A DNA stretch of 64,000 nucleotides from an uncultured delta proteobacterium (GCA_963822965.1 CAWGJT010000014.1:320001-384000); one strand, 5' to 3'. Positions 1-11,032 are shown, counted from the first letter of the stretch. Program-made: numbers and translations. Notes: generated from the sequence alone by a model not told the origin.

Positions 1-1576
1 CGTGGGGATAGCGGCGCAGCATCCCGTCCTGGCCAAGCTCCCGTCGCACGCGCTCGAAGGTCTGCAGCATGCGGGGCTCCTTCGGGTCGAGGTAGCCGTA
101 CAGACCCAGGAGCAGCAGGCTCGCATCCACGTCCTCGCCGTCGAAGACGCTGGTGAAGGAGCTGCGTCGGGCGCACCAGCCGTGCTGGTCGATCGCGGAG
201 CGGATCTCGTCGCGCACCTTCCGGAAGCGCTGCTTGCGGCGCTCGGAGAGACGCACCTCGCCGCAGTCGGCCATCTCGAGCAGTCGATCGAGGGCCACCC
301 AGCACATCGCCACGGAGTTCACGTGCCGGCGCGCCTCGGAGCGGACCTCCCAGATGCCCTGGTCGGGCAGCTGCCAGAGTGCGCAGACGCGATCGCCCAC
401 CCTGGCGAGAAGGCGGCCCGACCAGCTCCCCAGGGTGCCGCCCCGGCGCACGTACTCCGCGGCGGAGGCCAGGAGCTCGCCATAGAGATCGAGCTGCAGC
501 TGGTCCTTGGCGGCGTTGCCGACCCGGACCGGACGGGAATCGCGGTAGCCGCGGAGATGGTCGAGCTCGCGCTCGGCCGCCGCCGGGCCACCGAACACGT
601 TGTAGAGGACCTGGAGCATCGACCGGCTGTGGTGCGTGGCATACAGGAGCCACGAGAAGAAGGCGCTTCCCTCCTCGACGTAGCCCAGCTCCAGGAGCAC
701 GCGCAGGGTGAAGCACGCGTCGCGGAGCCAGCAGTAGCGATAGTCCCAGTTGCGGACGCCCCCGATGCGCTCGGGAAGCGAAGTGGTCGGCGCCGCCACC
801 ACGGCGCCGGAAGCCGAGAAGGTCATGAGCTTCAGCGTGATGGCGCTCCGCACCACCTGCTCGCGATGCGGACCCTCGTACTTGCAACGCCCGCTCCACT
901 TCCGCCAGAACGCGAGGGTGGCTTCCAGGTTGCGGGCGGCGTGCTCTCCGAGCGGCGGGATCGTGACGGGCTCGGCCTGGTCGTAGGCCAGCACCACGAA
1001 GCGCCGCTCGCCCGCCTCGAGCCGCGCGCCGCCCGAGATGATCCCGTCGCGCACCTCGAGCGGCATCTCGGCGCGCACGACGATGACGTCCCCGCGGTGC
1101 TGCAGGAAGATCCCCAACGGCCCGCGGTCGTGGGCGCGGACCGGGCGGCGGCCGTAGTCGAAGCGCACCTCGCAGGTCACCCGGACCTCGACGCTGCCCT
1201 CGACGCAGATCAGCTCGCGAAGCAGCTGGTGCTCCGGCCACAACGCCCCCACGTCCCCGACGTTGGAGGTGGCGACCATGCAGTCGCGCAGCCGAAGCAA
1301 GCCGGAGTCCGTGTGGAACTCGGTCTCGAGCACCGCGGTGCCCTCGACGTATCGGCGCACGGTGCGGTACGGCCCCTTCGGCGCCACGTGGAAGCGCCCC
1401 CCGCGCTCGCGGTCGAGGATCGCGGCGAACAGCGACGGGCTGTCGAAGCGCGGGCAGCAGAGCCACTCCACCGCGCCGTCCCGGGAGACGAGCGCCGCAC
1501 TGCCGCAGTCGCCGATCAGCGCGTAGTCCGCGATGGGCGGGAATTCGGCGTCGTTGTCGCTGTCGTCGTCGCTCAA
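1..1576 (-). CDS. Glycoside hydrolase family 15 (glucoamylase/trehalase-like), runs off the left window edge
   Basis: Minus-strand translation from TTG 1576 (GGAGG upstream): MSDDDSDNDAEFPPIADYALIGDCGSAALVSRDGAVEWLCCPRFDSPSLFAAILD..., later AAPTTSLPERIGGVRNWDYRYCWLRDA, typical of GH15. Absent from the ORF track because it is open-ended. Confidence 0.92.
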   Translation of the reverse strand, partial: MSDDDSDNDAEFPPIADYALIGDCGSAALVSRDGAVEWLCCPRFDSPSLFAAILDRERGGRFHVAPKGPYRTVRRYVEGTAVLETEFHTDSGLLRLRDCMVATSNVGDVGALWPEHQLLRELICVEGSVEVRVTCEVRFDYGRRPVRAHDRGPLGIFLQHRGDVIVVRAEMPLEVRDGIISGGARLEAGERRFVVLAYDQAEPVTIPPLGEHAARNLEATLAFWRKWSGRCKYEGPHREQVVRSAITLKLMTFSASGAVVAAPTTSLPERIGGVRNWDYRYCWLRDACFTLRVLLELGYVEEGSAFFSWLLYATHHSRSMLQVLYNVFGGPAAAERELDHLRGYRDSRPVRVGNAAKDQLQLDLYGELLASAAEYVRRGGTLGSWSGRLLARVGDRVCALWQLPDQGIWEVRSEARRHVNSVAMCWVALDRLLEMADCGEVRLSERRKQRFRKVRDEIRSAIDQHGWCARRSSFTSVFDGEDVDASLLLLGLYGYLDPKEPRMLQTFERVRRELGQDGMLRRYPH

Positions 1577-1626
1577 GGGCCCTCCCCGGGGCCGGTGCTC
1601 CCGGGCCCACGTGCGTCCAGGCTGCG

Positions 1627-1642
1627 AGCAAAGAGTGTGCCC
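1627..1642 (-). promoter_or_regulatory. sigma54 -24/-12 promoter for the GH15 gene
   Basis: Minus strand GGGCACACTCTTTGCT, GG-N10-GC spacing exact. Confidence 0.65.
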
Positions 1643-1692
1643 GCGGGAGACCCCGGCGCCAATCGCCGGCCGTCGCGCGTCTCGATCCACCT

Positions 1693-1709
1693 CTGGCACG
1701 CGTTTTGCT
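1693..1709 (+). promoter_or_regulatory. sigma54 -24/-12 promoter for the SDR-nhaP unit
   Basis: CTGGCACGCGTTTTGCT matches consensus TGGCACG-N4-TTGCW. Confidence 0.8.
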
Positions 1710-1722
1710 TTGCCTTCGAGCC

Positions 1723-2739
1723 ATGGAAGCCCGAAGCCAGGAGGATGGATCCCCGCGCCCGGTGGTCGTCGTGACCGGCGCGTCCGCCGGCGTGGGTCGC
1801 GCGACGGCCCGCGCCTTCGCCGCCCAGGGCGCCGACGTGGGTCTGCTGGCGCGCGGGGCCGATGGGCTCCAGGCGGCAGCCAAGGAGGTGGAGGCGCACG
1901 GTGGGCGCGCCCTCGCGATTCCCACCGACGTCTCCGAGCCGGAGGCGGTCGAGCGGGCGGCGGAGCGAATCGAGGACGAGCTCGGGCCCATCCGGGTGTG
2001 GGTCAACGATGCGATGGTGACGGTCATGTCCCCGGTGGCGCAGATGAGCGCCGACGAGTTCCGACGCGTGACGGAGGTGACCTACCTGGGAGCCGTCCAC
2101 GGCACCCTCTGCGCGCTCCGCCGCATGAAGCCGCGGGATCGCGGAACCATCGTGCAGGTGGGCTCGGCCCTTTCCTATCGCGCGATCCCGCTCCAGAGCG
2201 CCTACTGCGCCTCCAAGCACGCGCTGCGGGGCTTCACCGACGCGCTGCGCTGCGAGCTCATGCACGAGAAGAGCGGTGTCCACATCACCATGGTGCAGCT
2301 CCCTGCGCTCAACACGCCGCAGTTCGAGTGGAGTCGGATCCGCTTCTCGAAGCAGCCCCAGCCGGTGCCCCCGATCTATCAGCCCGAGGTGGCGGCCGAA
2401 GCCATCGTGTTCGCGGCCGGGGCGCGCCGGCGCGAGGTCTGGGTCGGCGGCTGGAACGCCTTCCTCATGCTCGCCAACAAGCTCGCGCCGGGCGTGGGAG
2501 ACCGGTACCTCGCCCGCACCGGCTTCGCATCGCAGTTTCTCGACGAGCCGGTCGATCCCGAACGGCCCGACAACCTGTTTCGCCCGGTTCCAGGCGATTT
2601 CGGGGCCCACGGCCGCTTCGACGACCGCGCGCGGGAGCACTCCCTGCAGCTCCGCGCGACGCGGATTCGCGGACCCCTGGTGCTCGCGGCCGGGGTCCTC
2701 GCGCTGGGAATCTGGCTCAGCCTTCGAATGCTCGTCTGA
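1723..2739 (+). CDS. SDR family oxidoreductase
   Basis: TGASAGVG Rossmann motif, YCASK catalytic motif, C-terminal hydrophobic tail; ATG 1723 chosen as start. Confidence 0.92.
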   Translation: MEARSQEDGSPRPVVVVTGASAGVGRATARAFAAQGADVGLLARGADGLQAAAKEVEAHGGRALAIPTDVSEPEAVERAAERIEDELGPIRVWVNDAMVTVMSPVAQMSADEFRRVTEVTYLGAVHGTLCALRRMKPRDRGTIVQVGSALSYRAIPLQSAYCASKHALRGFTDALRCELMHEKSGVHITMVQLPALNTPQFEWSRIRFSKQPQPVPPIYQPEVAAEAIVFAAGARRREVWVGGWNAFLMLANKLAPGVGDRYLARTGFASQFLDEPVDPERPDNLFRPVPGDFGAHGRFDDRAREHSLQLRATRIRGPLVLAAGVLALGIWLSLRMLV

Positions 2740-2766
2740 CCCGGTGCGCGGGGCCGCGCCGCCTTC

Positions 2767-4002
2767 ATGAACCTGTTCGAAACCATCGCTTCCCTCGTCA
2801 CGCTGGTGGCGGCCTTCAGCTGGGCGAATCGGCGCTGGATCCGTCTCCCCACCGCGATCGGGTCGATGCTGATCGCGTTGCTCTCGTCGCTGGCGCTCGT
2901 CGCCCTGGGGCGGCTGGGCGCTCCGGTCGTCCAGCCCCTCCTGGCGCTCGTGGCCTCGATCGACTTCGGCCAGGCGTTCCTGCACGGAATGCTCGGCGCG
3001 TTGCTCTTCGCGGGCGCGCTCCACGTGGACGTCGAGGACCTGATCGCCCACCGCAACATGATCGTCCTCCTCGCGAGCGTCGGCGTGCTGGCCTCGACCC
3101 TCCTCATCGGCAGCGACGTCTGGTGGGGCCTGCAGGCGCTGGGCCATCCGGTCTCGTACGTGGGCTGCCTGCTCTTCGGCGCCTTGATCTCTCCCACGGA
3201 TCCCATCGCCGTGCTCGCGGTGCTCCGGGACGCGCGCGTTCCGAAGGCCCTGGAGACGAAGCTCGTCGGCGAGGCGCTCTTCAACGACGGGGTGGGGGTC
3301 GTCCTCTTCGTCACCATTGCCGAGCTCGCCAGCTCGGGACGGGCGGTCGGCGTCCCCGACGCGGCGCTCCTCCTCCTGCGGGAGGTGCTGGGCGGGATCG
3401 TCTATGGCGGGCTCCTGGGTGCGCTGGCCTACCGCATGTTGAAGAGCGTGGATGACTACGAGGTGGAGATCCTGCTGACCCTGGCGGTGGTGACGGGGGG
3501 CTACGCGGTCGCCCAGCGCCTGGGCGTCTCGGGTCCGCTCTCCATGGTCGTGGCGGGCCTGCTCCTGGGCAACCGCGGGCGCATCCACGCCATGTCGGAG
3601 CACACACGCGAGCGCCTCGACGCCTTCTGGGAGCTGGTCGACGGCTTCCTCAACGCGATCCTCTTCGTCCTGATCGGGCTCGAGGTGGTCGCCCTGGACT
3701 TCGATCCGACCTCGTTCATCGCCGGGCTGCTCGCGATTCCGCTGATCCTGGGTACCCGCTTCCTGACCATCGGGGTCCCGGTGACCGTGCTTCGCCCGTG
3801 GCAGACCTTCGAGCCCCACGCGGTGAAGATCCTCACCTGGAGCGGGCTGCGCGGCGGCATATCCGTGGCGCTCGCGCTCTCCCTGCCCCAGGGCGCGGAG
3901 CGTGATCTGTTCCTGGCCGTCACCTACGTCGTGGTGAGTTCTACAATTCTCGTCCAGGGTCTTTCCCTCGGACGCGTGGTGCGACGTCTGTACTCCGCCT
4001 GA
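2767..4002 (+). CDS. nhaP: CPA1 family Na+/H+ antiporter (NhaP-like)
   Basis: Multiple TM segments, FGALISPTDPIAV and GEALFNDG motifs, GLRGGISVALAL. Confidence 0.9.
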   Translation: MNLFETIASLVTLVAAFSWANRRWIRLPTAIGSMLIALLSSLALVALGRLGAPVVQPLLALVASIDFGQAFLHGMLGALLFAGALHVDVEDLIAHRNMIVLLASVGVLASTLLIGSDVWWGLQALGHPVSYVGCLLFGALISPTDPIAVLAVLRDARVPKALETKLVGEALFNDGVGVVLFVTIAELASSGRAVGVPDAALLLLREVLGGIVYGGLLGALAYRMLKSVDDYEVEILLTLAVVTGGYAVAQRLGVSGPLSMVVAGLLLGNRGRIHAMSEHTRERLDAFWELVDGFLNAILFVLIGLEVVALDFDPTSFIAGLLAIPLILGTRFLTIGVPVTVLRPWQTFEPHAVKILTWSGLRGGISVALALSLPQGAERDLFLAVTYVVVSSTILVQGLSLGRVVRRLYSA

Positions 4003-4056
4003 TGGTCGCGCTCGTACCAGCGCAGCCGCGTCCCTCGCGGCGGCTCGGTCGCGGTC

Positions 4057-4073
4057 TTGGCACGCGGATTGCG
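4057..4073 (+). promoter_or_regulatory. sigma54 -24/-12 promoter for the ASRT-TPP enzyme-enolase-FAD oxidase operon
   Basis: TTGGCACGCGGATTGCG matches TGGCACG-N4-TTGC. Confidence 0.8.
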
Positions 4074-4086
4074 AATCCGATCGTCG

Positions 4087-4530
4087 ATGAACGAAGACGG
4101 AGCCGCACCGATCGGGTCTCGGACCTGGGCCATCCCGGAGGGATACATCCCGGAGCGAAGCACGGGACCCACACCCGAGATGGAGAGCCACGAGACGGCG
4201 TGCCTGCTCAACGCAAGCGGGCAGGACGCCCGGGTCCGCATCTGGATCTACTTCGCGGACCGGGATCCGCTGGGCCCCTACCGGGTGGTGGTCCCCGCGC
4301 GCCGGACCCTCCATCTGCGCTTCAACGAGCTCGACGATCCCGAGCCGGTGCCGCGCGGCACCGACTACGCGAGCACATTCGAATCGGACGTTCCGATCGT
4401 CGTGCAGCATACGCGGCTCGACTCGAGACAGGCGGAGAACGCCCTGTTGAGCACGATCGCCTTCTCGGGCTCGTCGGGCTCGTCGGGCTCGGGCGCACGC
4501 GCTGCGTCGGGCGGCATCGGCGATCGGTGA
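4087..4530 (+). CDS. ASRT (sensory rhodopsin transducer) family protein
   Basis: IGSRTWAIPEGYIP...SHETACLLN...GPYRVVVPARRTLHLRFNEL...ESDVPIVVQHTRLDSRQAENALLSTIAF. Confidence 0.85.
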   Translation: MNEDGAAPIGSRTWAIPEGYIPERSTGPTPEMESHETACLLNASGQDARVRIWIYFADRDPLGPYRVVVPARRTLHLRFNELDDPEPVPRGTDYASTFESDVPIVVQHTRLDSRQAENALLSTIAFSGSSGSSGSGARAASGGIGDR

Positions 4531-4551
4531 GAGAGAGAGGAGGAACCACCC

Positions 4552-6348
4552 ATGGCGGACACCTGCGCGGACTTCCTGATCGAACGCCTCCGAGACTGGG
4601 GGATCGAGCGCATCTACGGCTATCCGGGCGACGGCATCAACGCGATCATGGGCGCCCTCAACCGGGCGGGAAACCGACCGGAATTCATTCAGACGCGCCA
4701 CGAGGAGATGGCCGCGTTCATGGCCTGCGGGCACGCCAAGTTCACCGGCGAGCTCGGCGTCTGCCTCGCGACGTCCGGCCCCGGTGCGATCCATCTGCTC
4801 AACGGGCTCTACGACGCCAAGATGGACCACCAGCCCGTCCTGGCCATCGTCGGCCAGCAGGCGCGCATGTCGCTGGGCGGCAGCTACCAGCAGGAAGTCG
4901 ATCTGACGTCGCTCTTCAAGGACGTGGCTCACGAGTACGTCCAGCTGGTGACGACGCCCGAGCAGCTGCCGGAGGTGGTGGACCGCGCGGTCCGCATCGC
5001 GCTCGCCGAGCGCTGCGTGACCTGCCTGATCCTTCCCAATGATCTGCAGAGCCTGCCTGCCGTTCGAAGCCTGCCCCGCAAGCACGGGGTCGTTCCCGGC
5101 GGCGTCGGCTACGCGGGCTCACGACTCCTTCCGGTGGAGAGCGAGCTGGAACGCGCGGCACGGGTCCTGAACGAGGGCCAGAAGGTCGCGATGCTCGTAG
5201 GCCAGGGCGCCCGGGGCGCCTGCGACGAGGTGCTGGAGACCGCCGACGTGCTGGGGGCCGGGCGTGGCCAAGGCGCTTCTCGGAAAGGACGTTCTGCCCG
5301 ACGACCTGCCCTTCGTGACCGGCGTCGATCGGCCTGCTGGGAACGCGTCCCAGCTACACGATGATGATGCAGTGCGACACGCTCCTCATGGTGGGCTCCA
5401 GCTTTCCCTACTCGGAGTTCCTGCCGAAGCCGGGCAGCGTGCGCGGCGTCCAGATCGACATCGACGGGCGCATGATCGGAATCCGCTACCCGATGGAAGC
5501 GCATCTCGTGGGCGATTCCGCGCAGACCCTGCGCGAGCTGCTGCCACGCCTGGAACGGAAGACCGACCGCTCCTGGCGCCAGCAGATCGAGCAGCGAGGT
5601 CGAGGAGTGGTGGAAGGTCGTGGAGGCCCGTGCGATGCAGGACGCGGAGCCCCTCAACCCCCAGCGCGTGTTCTGGGAGCTCTCCAAGCGGCTGCCCGAC
5701 GAGTGCATCCTCTCGTCGGACTCCGGCTCCGCGGCGAACTGGTTCGCGCGCGACCTGCGGCTGCGCCGCGGCATGCGGGCCTCGCTGTCGGGGAACCTGG
5801 CCTCCATGGGGCCGGGCGTGCCCTACGCAATCGCCGCCAAGTTCGCGCACCCCGACCGGCCGGTGATCGCGCTGGTGGGTGACGGCGCCATGCAGATGAA
5901 CGGTCTGGCGGAGCTCATCACCATCCACAAGTACTGGAAGCAGTGGAGCGATCCGAGACTGGTCGTGCTCGTCCTGCACAACAACGATCTGAATCAGGTC
6001 ACCTGGGAGATGCGCGTCATGGAGGGCGATCCCCGCTTCGAGGCGTCTCAGGAGATTCCCGAGTTTCCGTACGCGCGCTTCGCCGAGCTCCTGGGGCTGA
6101 AGGGGCTGCGCGTGGACTCTCCCGACGACGTGGGCGCCGCGTGGGACGAGGCGCTGACGGCGGACCGTCCGGTCGTCCTCGAGGCCGTGACCGACCCCAA
6201 CGTGCCGCCGCTTCCGCCCCACATCACCTTCGACCAGGCCAAGGGCATGATGTCGGCTCTGCTGCGGGGCGATCCCGACCGCGCGGAGATCGTCCGCCAG
6301 AGCTTCTGGGGCAAGCTCGAGGAATTCAAGCCCCGCCGGAAGACGTGA
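4552..6348 (+). CDS. Thiamine pyrophosphate-requiring enzyme (pyruvate oxidase/dehydrogenase-like), reconstructed across frameshifts
   Basis: GYPGDGIN, RHEEMAAFMACGHAK, ATSGPGAIHLLNGLYDAK, TPP motif GDGAMQMN...NN; pieces lie in ORFs 4552, 5264, 5361 and 5620. Confidence 0.9.
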
Positions 6349-6350
6349 TC

Positions 6351-7458
6351 GTGGCGTCATCCCGCCCCGAACGCAGCCATCGACAAGGTCGTCGCCTCCG
6401 CCTACGTCGTCCCCACGGACTTCCCGGAGTCGGACGGTACGCTGACGTGGGACTCCACGACGCTCGTGCTCGTCGAGGTCTCGGGCGCCGGGCGGACGGG
6501 CATCGGCTTCACCTATGCGGATGCCGCGGCGGCGACGCTGGTACGCACCGTGCTGGCCGAGGTCGTGGCGGGCCGCGACGTACTGGACGTTCCCGCGGCC
6601 TGGGAGGCGATGGTGCGGTCGATCCGCAACCAGGGGCGGCCCGGAATCGCATCCATGGCGATCGCCGCGGTGGACGTCGCGCTGTGGGACCTGAAGGCTC
6701 GCCTGCTCGAGCTTCCGCTGGTCGGTCTGCTGGGCGCGGCCCGGGAGACGCTGCCCGTCTACGGCAGCGGCGGCTTCACCTCGTATCCGCTCTCGCGTCT
6801 CGAGGCCCAGCTGGGCGGCTGGACGGCTCGGGGCATTCCGCGCGTGAAGATGAAGGTGGGGAGGCATCCCGAGCAGGACGTGGAGCGGGTGCGCGCGGCC
6901 CGCGAAGGCCGATGGGCCCGGCCGCCGAGCTGTACGTGGACGCCAACGGCGCCTGGGATCGCAAGCAGGCGCTGGCCTTCGCCGAGCGCTTCGCCGGGGA
7001 AGGCGTCAGCTGGGTCGAGGAGCCCGTGTCCTCCGACGACCTGGCCGGCCTGCGTCTCGTGCGCGACCGGGCGCCGGCGGGGGTCGAAGTCGCCGCGGGC
7101 GAGTACGGCTACGACCTGCCGTACTTTCGCCGCATGCTCGAGGCGGGCGCCGTGGACGTGCTCCAGGCCGACCTCTCGCGCTGTGCCGGCGTTTCGGGAT
7201 TCCTCGCGGTGGCCGACCTGTGCGACGCCTTCGGCATTCCGCTCTCGTCCCACTGCGGTCCGTCGCTGCACCTGCACCCCGGCTGTGCCGTTCCCGGGAT
7301 GCGGCACGCGGAGTACTTCCACGACCACGTTCGCGTCGAGCAGCTGCTCTTCGACGGTGTGGTGAGCCCGGTCGACGGCGCTCTCGCTCCCGATCTGTCG
7401 AGGCCCGGCATCGGGCTCGAGCTCAAGCGGGCCGATGCCGAGGAGGTACGCGCTGTGA
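6351..7458 (+). CDS. Mandelate racemase/enolase superfamily enzyme, frameshifted; start approximate
   Basis: ESDGTLTWDSTT, AIAAVDVALWDLKA, KMK, YVDANG, WVEEP, AGEYGY, SHC, EYFHDH. Confidence 0.88.
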
Positions 7459-10408
7459 CGGATCTCGCCGAGCGAGCTGCGAGAGCAGATCGAAGGCGAA
7501 GTCCGCTTCGACGCCGGGAGTCGGGCACTCTACGCCACGGATGCCTCGAACTACCGCCAGCTCCCCCTGGGCGTCGTCCTCCCCAGGACGGCGCGCGACG
7601 TGGAAGAGACGGTCGCGGCGTGTCGCCGCCACCGGGTGCCGATCTTCTCGCGTGGCGGCGGCACCAGCCTGGCCGGCCAGTGCTGCAACGCCGGCGTGGC
7701 AATGGACTTCTCGAAGTACATGAACGCGATCCTGGAGATCGACGCGGAGCGGCGTTCGGCGCTCGTCGAGCCCGGCGTGGTGCTGGACGACCTGCGCCGG
7801 CAGGCCGAGGCGCACCATCTCACCTTCGGGCCCGACCCGGCGACCCACGACCACTGCACGATCGGCGGAATGATCGGCAACAATTCCTGCGGCGTACACG
7901 CCCTCATGGCCGGGAAGACCGTCGACAACATCGAGGCGCTCGAGGTGCTCACCTACGACGGGCTGCGCACGTGGGTCGGCGCCACACCCGATCCCGAGCT
8001 GGACACGATCATCAGCCAGGGAGGTCGGCGCGGCGAGATCTACGCGGGGCTGAAGCGCCTGCGGGACCGCTATGCGCCGACGGGTTCGCGAGCGCTATCC
8101 GGACATCCCCCGACGCGTCTCGGGATACAACCTGGACGAGCTGCTTCCGGAGAAGGGCTTCCAGGTGGCCCGCGCTCTGGTGGGCAGCGAGAGCACCTGC
8201 GTGACGGTCCTGCGGGCCCGGTGTCGACTGGTGGAGAGCCCTCCCGCCCGCGCGCTGGCGATCCTGGGCTTCCCCGACGTGGCGCGGGCCGCCGACCGTG
8301 TGCCCGAGATCCTCGAGTTCGAGCCGATCGGCCTCGAGGGCATCGACGACGTGTTGATCTCCTGCATGAAGAAGAAGCAGCTCCACGTCGGCGATCTCGA
8401 CCTGTTGCCGGAGGGAGGCGGCTGGCTTCTGGTGGAGTTCGGAGGAGCCGACCGGGAGGAAGCCGCCGGACGGGCGCACGAGCTGGTGCGTCGTCTCGAC
8501 AAGGGCGACGCGCCGCCGGCGGCCCGCCTCTACGACGACCCGGGCGAGCAGAAGCGCCTCTGGGAGATTCGCGAGTCGGGTCTCGGGGCGACGGCGAACG
8601 TTCCCGGGGAGCCGGCCACCTGGCCCGGCTGGGAGGACGCCGCGGTGCCGCCCGCGGCGCTGGGCGACTACCTGCGCGACTTCCGCGGCCTCCTCGATCG
8701 GCACGGATACGCCTGCTCCCTCTACGGACACTTCGGCCAGGGATGCGTCCACACCCGCATCGACTTCGAGCTGCGAACGCGAGAGGGCATCGACCGGTTC
8801 CGCGCCTTCGTACACGCGGCGGCGGACCTGGTGGTGCGCTACGGCGGGTCCCTCTCGGGCGAGCACGGCGACGGCCAGGCGCGCGCGGAGCTGCTGCCGA
8901 AGATGTTCGGCGAGGAGCTGTGTCGGGCCTTCGCCGAGTTCAAGTCCCTGTGGGACCCCGACGGTCGGATGAACCCCGGCAAGGTCGTGGACGCCTACCG
9001 CGTCGACGAGAACCTGCGCCTGGGCGTCGACTATCAGCCCGCCCGTCCGAAGACGCACTTCGCATTCCGGGACGATCGGGGCAGCTTCGCGAACGCGACG
9101 CGCCGCTGCGTGGGGGTGGGCAAGTGTCGGCGCGACGACGGGGGCACCATGTGCCCGAGCTACCGGGTCACCCGAGAGGAGGCCGACTCCACCCGGGGAC
9201 GTGCGCGGCTGCTCTTCGAGATGCTCTCGGGGGACGCGATCGGCGACGGCTGGCGCAACGACGCGGTCCGAGACGCGCTCGATCTGTGTCTCGCGTGCAA
9301 GGGATGCAAGTCGGACTGTCCGGTGAACGTGGACATGGCCACCTACAAGGCGGAGTTCCTGTCCCACTACTATGCGGGACGCCTCCGCCCGCGGAGCGCC
9401 TACGCGTTCGGCCTCATCGGAGTGTGGAGCCGCGTGGCGGGTCGGCTGCCCCGCCTGGCCAATTTCGCGACGCAGACCCCCGGTCTGCGGTCGCTGGCCG
9501 GATGGCTGGCCGGCGTCGCGCCGCAGCGCCGCATCCCCTCCTTCGCCCGCCAGAGCTTTCGGGACTGGTTCCGCGAGCGCGAGGTGCGCAATCCCGCCGG
9601 GCCCCCGGTTCTCCTCTGGCCGGACACCTTCAACAACCACCTCCGCCCGCACACCGCTCAGGCGGCCACCCAGGTGCTGGAGGCCCTGGGTCATCGCGTG
9701 CTGATTCCCGAGCGTCTCCTGTGCTGCGGCCGACCGCTCTACGACTACGGGATGCTCACCACGGCTCGACGCTGGCTGGAGCGGATTCTCGATTCGCTCC
9801 GGCCGGAGATCCGCGCGGGAACACCGCTGGTGGGACTCGAGCCCAGCTGCCTCGCCGTCTTTCGCGACGAGCTCTGCGATCTGCTTCCCGACGACGAGGA
9901 CGCGCGTCGACTGCGCAGCCAGGCCTTCGAGCTCGGCGAGCTCCTACGAGAGCGGGGCGCGGATTGGCCGGCACCACCGCTCCCGTACAAGGCACTCCTC
10001 CAGCCCCACTGCCACCAGCGCGCGGTACTGGCGCCCGAGGCGGAGGAGGAGCTGCTCCGATGCGTCGGGCTCGATCTCCAGACGCCGGACGCCGGCTGCT
10101 GCGGCATGGCCGGAGCCTTCGGCTTCGAGAAGGAGCACTACTCGCTGTCCGTGCGCGCCGGGGAGCGCGTTCTCCTCCCCGCCGTGCGTGCGCTTCCCGC
10201 GGACGCCCTGGTGGTGGCCGACGGATTCAGCTGTCGTGAGCAGATCGCCCAGACGACGGAACGGCGTGCGCTCCACCTCGCGGAGGTCCTGCACCTTTCA
10301 CTGCGCCAGCGAGCGCCGCGGGAGCGGGGCGGCGCCGGGTTGCCCCGTCGCCACCCCGAGAACGACTACTGGGGCCGCGAGCGGCTCGCGGAGCTCGACG
10401 CCGTTTGA
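7455..10408 (+). CDS. FAD-binding and (Fe-S)-binding oxidoreductase (GlcD/GlcF-type fusion, D-2-hydroxyacid dehydrogenase-like), frameshifted near 7480 and 8080
   Basis: YATDASNYRQ, RGGGTSLAGQ, GEHGDG, two 4Fe-4S motifs (CVGVGKC...MCPS; CLACKGCKSDCP), CCG domains. Confidence 0.9.
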
Positions 10409-10451
10409 TCCCAGGCCTCCGGTCTGCGGGAGCGTCGGCCCCGCCGTTCGC

Positions 10452-10625
10452 TCATACGACCGGAGAGCGTCCCCGCCTCCCCATCACGAGCGAGATCAGG
10501 AACGCGATCAGGAATACGAAGAACAGGATCTTGGCGATCCCCGCCGCCGCGCCGGCGATCCCCCCGAAGCCGAGGGCTCCGGCAACGAGGGCGACGATGA
10601 GGAACATGAGTGCCCAGTAAAGCAT
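10452..10625 (-). CDS. DUF1328 (YtjA/UPF0391) small membrane protein
   Basis: [39 protein letters not shown]. Confidence 0.92.
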   Translation of the reverse strand: MLYWALMFLIVALVAGALGFGGIAGAAAGIAKILFFVFLIAFLISLVMGRRGRSPVV

Positions 10626-10699
10626 GACGTCTTCTCCTTCCCCACGGCGGTCCGTCGCCGTGGCGGCTCCGTTTGTCTCGTACTGTTCCCGGATCGTAT

Positions 10700-10716
10700 T
10701 GCGAGCCTCGTGCCAG
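10700..10716 (-). promoter_or_regulatory. sigma54-type promoter for DUF1328
   Basis: Minus strand CTGGCACGAGGCTCGCA, GG-N10-GC. Confidence 0.65.
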
Positions 10717-10841
10717 GGCGGTCCCCGGAGACGCGCGAGCCAGAGCGCGAACCCTGGCGGCCGAGACCCGGCGCGGCGTGCAGGATCTACAAAAGTGTCG
10801 TCCGGAGCTCTCGGCGCCTTCGTCGTGGCGCCTCCGCGGCG

Positions 10842-10857
10842 GGGCATGTCTCTTGCA
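10842..10857 (+). promoter_or_regulatory. sigma54-type promoter upstream of the transglutaminase/ATP-grasp operon
   Basis: GGGCATGTCTCTTGCA, GG-N10-GC, divergent from the DUF1328 promoter. Confidence 0.55.
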
Positions 10858-11032
10858 CATGCTCCCCGCGACGCGAGAGACGGCCACCATCGCTCGCATT
10901 CCCGGCTCGCGACGCGCGCAGAGGGCGCGCAGGGGAGATCATTCTCCGAGCCGGGAGCAGCGGCCTTCGCCGTGAAGACGAGAAGTCCGCATGGCAGCGG
11001 CCATGCCGGACCGTTGCAGCGGGGAGGTGCAG

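Noticed and set aside
4465..4491. 9 bp x3 repeat TCGGGCTCG in the ASRT tail
   Set aside because: Low-complexity Ser/Gly tail with no evident significance
2..5085. Long ORFs 2..1774(+) and 1573..5085(-), and similar long antisense or Arg/Pro-rich ORFs throughout the track
   Set aside because: Shadow frames of real genes in high-GC DNA; no recognisable motifs
7440..7500. Apparent enolase read-through into the FAD oxidase region
   Set aside because: One extra base before TACGCGCTGTGA; the GTGA overlap restores a normal stop/start
10992..11007. Additional GG-N10-GC motif TGGCAGCGGCCATGCC
   Set aside because: Poor match at both the CAC and TTGC positions; expected by chance at this GC content
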